Positions 55,559 to 64,000 of a DNA stretch of 64,000 nt are shown one piece after another. The position numbers were made by a program, and so were the translations under genes. Numbering within the stretch: the stretch's first letter is position 1; the number at the start of each line of letters is the position of its first letter. The notes below the pieces were generated by a model, which was not told the DNA's origin, made no database searches, and saw only the letters and a list, made by a program, of their open reading frames with translations. This DNA comes from Nemertoderma westbladi (Eukaryota > Animalia > Xenacoelomorpha), in NCBI GenBank assembly GCA_032718475.1, contig JAUCBJ010000238.1, forward strand, positions 1-64,000, given 5' to 3'.

Positions 55559-57595
55559 GTATTATCACAATAACAATACATACATCTGATAGTAGTAAAA
55601 AGCAAATATAATTTGACAAATTTGACAAGTTGGTCTGGTCAAATAATAATGTACTATAGTGGATATGTGAGGTCAACTAATTCAACTAGTTAACACTTGA
55701 ACATCAGAAACTGAAAATTCTCATTGGAGAAAATTGGCGGAATTCATAATACTAATTTGCCTGTAACTTTGCACACTGGTCCCTCACCAATAATTGGAGA
55801 CCTTTTGGTACCAAATGGGCCTCCGGAAAGAATTGGGGGCCCCATTAAATTCGAATCTGTCGTGACAGCTTCACATACATTTAAAATCCCATCGTAGGAG
55901 TTTATAATTAAACAAAACAAAACTAGGCCAAAGTCTTGGAAAGACAATCTGTCGCTTACTAGAGCAGAACGGATCCCTCCACGGCCCCAATCCATACAGC
56001 CCTTTACCAACCGCATAACTACGCAGAGACCTACTAACTGTACAGTAGGCTTGCTATCTGTCGAAGGACATGGATACGGACAGGCCCTTACTTTTAAAAT
56101 CAAGCTCAGATTTATTGACGGCTTGTGCTTCCTTTTAATCATCCCAATGTTATCCATAAACCATCAGCCCATAACTAAGCGTTTTAGCCTTCGATTGTAG
56201 TTGGTACCTGCGGGTATGAAACTGGAAAATATTCAAAGGATAGCCGTCGTCACAAAAAGGATGATTGTAACTCTAGTGGTTTTCTTCTGACTTTCCCGTT
56301 CGCCCAGAGGTTGATGACGGGAAGTCTGGAGAAGTTTAAGATGATCGTAATTACTCTGCTAATCGGCGAACGTGAAATGCGAAACAACGGAGGCAATTCG
56401 AAGGCTCCTCTCTCTCTCTCTCTCTTGGCTGTTTCTTGTAATATCCAGGGAGTTAGACCCCATTCAACTATATTTCCCATTACTGGAATACCACTCAGCC
56501 ACCATAATCCATAATAATCCATAATCCATAACCATAATCCTGTTTCTTGCGAGACAGGGATGGCACCACACTAACTCTCAAAGTTGAAGCTTTCTTAGAT
56601 TAGCTCTCGGGTCTTTTTTCTAAATCATTTATATATTATTAAATAAATGCTTAGGCCCTACTTCCTAAACACCACTCCCTTACAAACTTGATATTCTTCA
56701 TAGGGTAGCATTAGTGTATGTTAAATATTTTATACAGCTGATAGCCTTCTCAGTCAAGGTATGGGCGAATGTGAATTTCTTACTAATTCCAGGTGAATGA
56801 ATTTTAGTAATATTGTAGGCTTTCAACTGTAGTACTACAATAATTGGTGTAATTAGAATCATGAGAGGGATAGAAGTGTTCTGAAGATTTACATCCCGCG
56901 TGGTTGCACGCCACTAGTTTATCGAAATAGTCTTATGGCCAGAACGTTGATAGCATGCCATTATTCATTAGATGCCCTGCTTTTATCTGCGACAATATTA
57001 TCTACAGTTTACTTACACCATTCATCTGCCTTGTTTTCCAAGTAATTTCAAGATAAGAGTAACTTCACATTGTTTTTGGCCAGTAGTGTTGGTGATGAAT
57101 GGGACCCTCTCTGGGCTCCAATAAGTTTATCCCTTTGGTACAGAATGCGATGCCCTTCGGCAATATTCAATATCGGCCAGAACAAAACATACTTTTCTAT
57201 CATTGACTTCTATGGGCAAAGAATCTGTTGTGATAAAATTGTGAATTTGACGTGAAGTTGATGGCGATTTTACAACTATTTAATATTGACTTGAATTGAC
57301 GTGGAATTCTTCACGTCACGTTTTATAATCACCATTTAATAATAATTATTCATAGTCAACATTAAATGTGAAGTAAAATTTGATTTGAGTAATCCACGTC
57401 ACAATTTTAATAACACATTTTTACACTGTATCAAACGTAAAATATTTGCATTAAAATGACTTGAAAATATGTGTACTTGTGTACTTGTTTCACGTCATTT
57501 TCGCTAACTTATTTTAACGTCCCGATATGGGCCACGGATATCCAATGTAGTGTAGTTTTAGAGTGTTTGTGGGTGGACCCCGGCATTACGCTTAC

Positions 57596-57691
57596 ATCGA
57601 ATACATAAATCAAATCCTGTAGATGGTGTTGACCTGTGGCTCTAGCTCTAGGATGATGGGGGCCGGAGCCTGGACCGGAAGCCATTGCCAT
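57596..57691 (-). CDS. Candidate first coding exon of an unidentified minus-strand gene (MAMASGPGSGPHHPRARATGQHHLQDLIYVFD)
   Basis: ATG at 57691, 32 codons, then a phase-0 donor GAT|GTAAGC at 57595. Lies ~80-120 bp downstream of two CCAAT boxes. Confidence 0.4.
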
Positions 57692-57764
57692 TTACCATTA
57701 GTGCTGACTTACATTACTGGCATTACTTCAGCTATCATCCACGCAACTGCACAAGGTTGCTGTT

Positions 57765-57820
57765 TCTCATTGGTTGATCTTGGCATATAGTTTCTCAGCG
57801 GATTCACTGATTGGTTGATT
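57765..57820. promoter_or_regulatory. Paired NF-Y CCAAT boxes, possible bidirectional promoter
   Basis: ATTGGTTGAT at 57769 and 57810 (minus strand AACCAATGA / AACCAATCA), 41 bp apart. Confidence 0.5.
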
Positions 57821-59573
57821 TTACCTCTCAATGTTTGAATTTAGGTGGCTTTATAGCTGTGGAGATGAAGGTGAACGAGTCATAGTAACAGAGTAGGAGT
57901 GCAGATGCTATCCTGTCCTGCAGCAATCAGCTGGAGTTTTGGCTCAGGGCTGCAGCTGCACTACTGCCGGTTACTGACTACGAAGCAACAGTACCGTACT
58001 GCAGTACAGTACAGAAACAACTGTGCTACCGGTAGCCCCGCAGTCTGCAGTCTATGGCATTACATCACCAGGATATTGCAGTCAGTCTTGCTGTCTTGTA
58101 CTGGTATTCTGTCTGTCTGTGGCAGTACAGCAGCATTAGGCAACTTGATATCATCAACATTTATCGGACGGACAGCCGGATTACCGCCTAGGCCTATGGT
58201 CAAATTAGGTCAAATAAACAGACCAGCATACGTTAGACATTGTGGATTGAGACGCCGTGACAGGTGAGGATTGAAGTGAAGACTTAATGTGAAGGATGGG
58301 TAGCCTAGGGCTGTAGGGTATTGGGTAGGCCTACAGGGTAGGTCAGTAGGACTGTCAGTCTGTAGGTATCTGATCCTCATGTTACGGTCTGACGGTAAAA
58401 TCTACTGGTACCTAGCTGCCTAGCTAAGCATAACTTAACTGTTTAATAGGCTTAATAATAAAGAAATAGGCATAAAATGCTGTTTTCGCGAGACAGGTTT
58501 GTGCCATTTTTGGAACATTTTTCTAACGTTATTAAGTCTGAAAACTGGCACAAAAACGCCAGAGTATTGAGTAATGTTGTACCGTACAGCCGTACGTCAG
58601 TCCGTACGGCAGTCAGGCAGTCCTAATTAAATCAAAATATGATTAGGCCTATGTTACAAAGTTTGTGTTGATTGTCATAACACCTGAACACTGTAACCTG
58701 GTAACAGGTACAAATATGGTAAAATAGTACAGTAGGCCTATAGCTGTATAGCTGTGTAGGATAAAATATATACACTAAATAAATAAAGATCAAATAACTA
58801 CGGGTACCGGTACGTACATCGATTTATTAAATTTAGAGTAAGGTAGCATTCCTAGCAAGTTGACCCACTAAAGGCTCTTTATTGGCGGAGTTAACAATAA
58901 TGGTTGAATGTAAGTTATTCCAAACTGAAACAACTTTAATATCGTGTATACTACAGGTATAGGCCTATCTAGTATATATATATATATATGCTGTCTATAT
59001 CTATTTCATACTGGCTTAGTAACTTGAGCTTCAAGTTAGATTACGCACTCGCGCTCCTAATCCTTAATCAATACGATAGTTGGAATTTGAATTTGGAATT
59101 TTTTAGTTTACAAACAAATTAAACATAAAACAGAACAGTTAAATTTTAATAATTGAATTAATTTCAAAGCACATTAATAAGCACCTATCCAAGCGTATTA
59201 AATAAGTACATACAGAAATATAACAGACAGTGGGTAGGGATATACTTCATTTTCGTTATTGGGAACCTGCGATTGTGGTGTTCAGAGTTTTTCAGAGAAG
59301 ATTTGGAAAACCCCTGCGATTTAATGAATAAAAAGAAAGTAAATCAACGTTCGAGAATATATTATATTATTTTCTATTATACTTTCACAAACACTTAGGC
59401 CTATGTAACTAGCTTATTATAATGTGTACTTTAAAGATTAAAGGCTTGGTTTAGCAATTATTAATGGCCATCTAATTCTAAATAAGGGTTTATGGTCAGG
59501 TTGTGGTATATCTCAGTATGTAGGTGGTGTTCCCTTCACGTATAGCCTACTTAATTGTTATCTTTATTTGCAG

Positions 59574-59773
59574 TGCCCAGTAAAGAGATGCCAGTTATGG
59601 ATCGCTAGCAGAGGACGTAGAATCAACTTTAATATTGGATTGGTGCAGAATTATTCGTTCTCTTGTGCTTTTAGTTAACATAATATATCAACTACTACAA
59701 TGGATGTTTAAATCAAAATCTCCATTCTTTCTATATGTATATCTATTTATAATTTATATATCGATTTGATAAG
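59574..59773 (+). other. Candidate plus-strand exon (non-coding or 5' UTR)
   Basis: Acceptor ttatctttatttgcag ends at 59573 and donor AAG|GTATGT is at 59774. A possible upstream donor CAG|GTGAGG is at 58264. Confidence 0.35.
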
Positions 59774-60314
59774 GTATGTTATGTATGTATAGTATAACAA
59801 TTCTTTTAATTACTGTTTTCTTTATATATATATATATATTATTTTATTCCATAAAAATTGTTGGATATTATTAGAAAAATATTTGTGGCACTAACAAGTG
59901 GCACTTAACAATTTGCAGATATGAGTTAGAATACTGTGTGTGTATGTTAGTTTTTTTGTTACAAATGTTTGAAAAGAAAAATAATAAAATCAGTGAAAAT
60001 TTAATTAAAATCATCGCAGATGAATAATTCGTTCGATTATTATCGACATTATTTTCGATTGATTTTTGATCAATTTTGAACAACCCTACGAAATAGCCTC
60101 CCCTAAGTAACCACAGACAATTCAAGGACGAAAGTTTCTGTTAAACCTAATGCTCTATCAATAGTCAATACGTATTACATAATTACTGGAGAAATTCCAC
60201 CATTAAGTTAACTTTGCAGCAATTTAGTTTTTTTTTATAAGACCTTTCGTTTTTAGTTTTTTATGTAACATCTCGCGGTGTTACACCTTTGAAATAAAAC
60301 TGCATAGGGCTACA

Positions 60315-63300
60315 TCAGTGTAACCCTATGGGTGCAGTCAGTGTAACCCTATGGGTGAAGTCAGTGTAACCCTATGAGTGCAGTCAGTGTAACCCTATGG
60401 GTGCAGTCAGTGTAACCCCTTGAGTGCAGTCAGTGTAACCCTATTGGTGCAGTCAGTGTAACCCTATGGGTGCAGTCAGTGTAACCCTATGAGTGCAGTC
60501 AGTGTAACCCTATGGGTGCAGTCAGTGTAACCCCTTGAGTGCAGTCAGTGTAACCCTATTGGTGCAGTCAGTGTAACCCTATGGGTGCAGTCAGTGTAAC
60601 CCTAATTGGTGCAGTCAGTGTAACCCTATGGGAGCAGTCAGTGTAACCCTATGAGTGTAGTCAGTGTAACCCTATTGGTGCAGTCAGTGTAACCCTATGG
60701 GTGCAGTCAGTGTAACCCTATGGGTGCAGTCAGTGTAACCCTATGAGTGCAGTCAGTGTAACCCTATGGGTGCAGTCCGTGTAACCCCTTGAGTGCAGTC
60801 AGTGTAACCCTATTGGTGCAGTCAGTGTAACCCTATGGGTGCAGTCAGTGTAACCCTATTGGTGCAGTCAGTGTAACCCTATGGGTACAGTCAGTGTTAC
60901 ACTATGAGTGCAGTCAGTGTAACCCTATTGGTGCAGTCAGTGTAACCCTATGGGTACAGTCAGTGTTACACTATGAGTGCAGTCAGTGTAACCCTATTGG
61001 TGCAGTCAGTGTAACCCTATGGGTACAGTCAGTGTAACCCCATGAGTGCAGTCAGTGTAACCCTATTGGTGCAGTCAGTGTAACCCTATTGGAGCAGTCA
61101 GTGTAACCCTATGGGAGCAGTCAGTGTAACCCTATGAGTGTAGTCAGTGTAACCCTATTGGTGCAGTCAGTGTAACCCTATTGGAGCAGTCAGTGTAACC
61201 CTATGGGTACAGTCAGTGTAACCCTATGGGTGCAGTCAGTGTAACCCCATGAGTGCAGTCAGTGTAACCCTATTGGTGCAGTCAGTGTAACCCTATGGGT
61301 ACAGTCAGTGTAACCCTATGGGTGCAGTCAGTGTAACCCTATGGGTACAGTCAGTGTAACCCTATTGGTGCAGTCAGTGTAAACCTATGGGTGCAGTCAG
61401 AGTAAGAATATGGGAGCAGTCAGTGTAACCCTATGAGTACAGTCAGTGTGACCCTATGGGTGCAGTCAGTGTAACCCTATGGGTGCAGTTAGTGTAACCC
61501 CATGAGTGCAGTCAGTGTAACCCCATTGGTGCAGTCAGTGTAACTCTATTGGTGCAGTCAGTGTAACCCTATGGGTGCAGTCAGTGTAAGAATATGGGTG
61601 CAGTCAGTGTAACCCTATGGGTGCAGTCAGAGTAAGAATATGGGAGCAGTCAGTGTAACCCTATGAGTGCAGTCAGTGTAACCCTATGGGTGCAGTCAGT
61701 GTAACCTTATGGGTACAGACAGTGTAACCCTATGAGTGCAGTCGTGTAACCCTATGGGTGCAGTCAGTGTAACCCTATGAGTGCAGTCAGTGTAACCCTA
61801 TTGGTGCAGTCAGTGTAACCCTATAGGTGCAGTCAGTGTAAGAATATGGGTGCAGTCAGTGTAACCCTATGGGTGCAGTCAGTGAAACCCTACGTGTGCA
61901 GTCAGTGTAACCCTATTGGTGCAGTCAGTGTAACAGTCAGTGTAACCCTATGGGTGCAGTCAGTTTAACCCTATGGGTGCAGTCAGTGTAACCCTATTGG
62001 TGCAGTCAGTGTAACCCTATAGGTGCAGTCAGTGTAAGAATATGGGTGCAGTCAGTGTAACCCTATGGGTGCAGTCAGTGAAACCCTACGTGTGCAGTCA
62101 GTGTAACCCTATTGGTGCAGTCAGTGTAACAGTCAGTGTAACCCTATGGGTGCAGTCAGTGTAACCCTATTGGTGCAGTTAGTGTAACCCTATGGGTGCT
62201 GTCAGTGTAAGAATATGGGAGCAGTCAGTGTAACCCTATGGGTGCAGTCAGTGTAACCCTATGGGTGCAGTCAGTGTAACCCTATGAGTGCAGTCAGTGT
62301 AACCCTATGTGTGCAGTCAGTGTAACCCTATGGGTGCAGTCAGTGTAACCCTATGAGTGCAGTCAGTGTAACCATATGGGTACAGTCAGTGTACCCCTAT
62401 GGGTACAGTCAGTGTACCCCTATGGGTGCAGTCAGTGTTACCCTGTGAGTGCAGTCAGTGTAACCCTATGGGTACAGTCAGTGTTACACTATGAGTGCAG
62501 TCAGTGTAACCCTATGGGTGCAGTCAGTGTAACCCTATAAGTGCAGTCAGTGTAACCCTCTTGGTGCAGTCAGTGTAACCCTATGGGTGCAGTCAGTGTA
62601 AGAATATGGGTTCAGTCAGTGTAACCCTATGGGTGCAGTCAGTGAAACCCTATTGGTGTAGTCAGTGTAACCCTACGTGTGCAGTCAGTGTAACCCTATC
62701 TGTGCAGTCAGTGTACCCCTATGGGTGCAGTCAGTGTAACCCTATTAGTGCAGTCAGTGTAACCATATGGGTGCAGTTAGTGTAACCCTATTGGTGCAGT
62801 CAGTGTAACCCTATGGGTGCAGTCAGTGTAACCCTATGTGTGCAGTCAGTGTAACCCTATTGGTGCAGTCAGTGTAACAGTCAGTGTAACCCTATGGGTG
62901 CAGTCAGTGTAACCCTATGGGTACAGTCAGTGTTACTACTACTAGGATCGGCATGCTGCATTGCAGCTGCATTTTTAAGAATGCTGTGCCGGCTTATCGA
63001 CAAAATTGCACCGCCACAACTCCCTATCACCCATGACATTTGCTAGATCATCCGCATCTTCAAGGCCAGTGTCCTTTAAGATGCGTCTCAAGAAAGTCAT
63101 GGGCTGTCCAGTCCACCATGCTTATTCACTCCATGAGGCTGCCAAAGTACAATATTATGCACTGGTTGGTCCTCACGGCGAAAGCAATGTCCTGCAAAGC
63201 GGAGGCGATTTTTGTTCTAGTGTCAAGTTTGGGGGAACCAATGAGACACCTCCAATGTTATATAGTGTCTGGTTGGAGATGTGTGCGTGCATTGTACTTG

Positions 63301-64000
63301 ACACAATGAACCCGGCGTAGCATTCTTGTGAATGTGCCATCCAGAGATATGGTGTCCTCAGCAGTTAGAGCCCAGCATGGACTCCCATAGAAGAGTACTG
63401 GAACTACTGCTGCTCTAAATAATCGGACCTTAAGTTTCCGATTAATTCTCGGTGACTTCCAAATCCTGAAAAGCCTATTCAAGGCTGCCCATGCCTTTCT
63501 CTTACGTATTCGAAGGTCCTCACCTGACTTCCGGATCCGTGATCCCAGGTAACAGAAGTCGTCCACATGCTCAAGCATACCATCTTTTGAGCTTATGCTC
63601 ATCAGATCAGAGACTTGCTGAGGACTTTCAAAGTTAACTGTCAACATTTTGGTCTTTCAGGAGTTAATAAAAAGACCAACACTAGAAGCAGCATGTTCTA
63701 ATCAGTCAGTGTTACACTATGAGTGCAGTCAGTGTAACCCTATGGGTGCAGTCAGTGTAACCCTATTGGTGCAGTCAGTGTAACCTTATGGGTGCAGTCA
63801 GTGTAACCCTATGAGTGCAGCCAGTGTAACCCTATGGGTGCAGTCAGTGTAACCCTATGTGTGCAGTCAGTGTAACCCTATGGGTACAGTCAGTGTTACA
63901 CTATGAGTGCAGTCAGTGTAACCCTATGGGTGCAGTCAGTGTAACCCTATTGGTGCAGTCAGTGTAACCCTATGGGTGTAGTCAGTGTAAACCTATGTGT
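60315..64000. repeat. 23-bp satellite TCAGTGTAACCCTATGGGTGCAG (~114 + ~13 copies; runs to the window end)
   Basis: Period 23 (units at 60315, 60338, 60361). Interrupted at 62937-63702 by an RTE copy. Confidence 0.97.
62937..63702 (-). mobile_element. 5'-truncated RTE LINE inserted in the 23-bp satellite, 13-bp TSD
   Basis: VDDFCYLGS..KAWAALNRL.RIWKS..KLKVRLFRAAV.PVLFYG..W.LT..LDGTFTRMLR. TSD CAGTCAGTGTTAC at 62924-62936 and 63703-63715. Same family as 3026-3296. Confidence 0.92.

Noticed and set aside
26806-64000. CRISPR-like arrays (31-bp and 23-bp repeats)
   Set aside because: Units are directly adjacent with no unique spacers, there are no cas genes, and the context is eukaryotic.
60315-64000. 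True telomere
   Set aside because: No tandem (TAACCC)n; the motif occurs once per 23-bp unit.

Overview
AT-rich, repeat-dominated eukaryotic (probably invertebrate animal) genomic DNA with no complete intact gene that I can identify. 1-23 kb is a deeply nested transposon region. It holds a CR1 LINE split by a 5-kb composite insertion, RTE and RTE-X-like LINE ends, a GC-rich CRE-clade RT fragment inside a 4.35-kb TIR element, hAT-, MULE- and Harbinger-like non-autonomous elements, fold-back elements and tRNA-derived SINE heads. It also holds several Helentron/HINE-like elements whose ~145-bp core repeats each carry a CTCF-like motif. Three copies of one such family are bounded by TGT on both sides rather than T-runs. 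23.1-26.5 kb is a (TCTG)n array grown from a LINE tail. 26.8-51.5 kb is a 31-bp satellite (~795 copies) with no net indel. 57.6-59.8 kb looks like a CCAAT-box bidirectional promoter with candidate first exons. 60.3-64 kb is a 23-bp satellite containing TAACCCTA, interrupted by an RTE insertion with a 13-bp TSD. Many short palindromes look like DNA-transposon excision footprints. The long ORFs in the track are translations of tandem repeats. Family assignments come from recalled motifs and terminal structure, not database searches.
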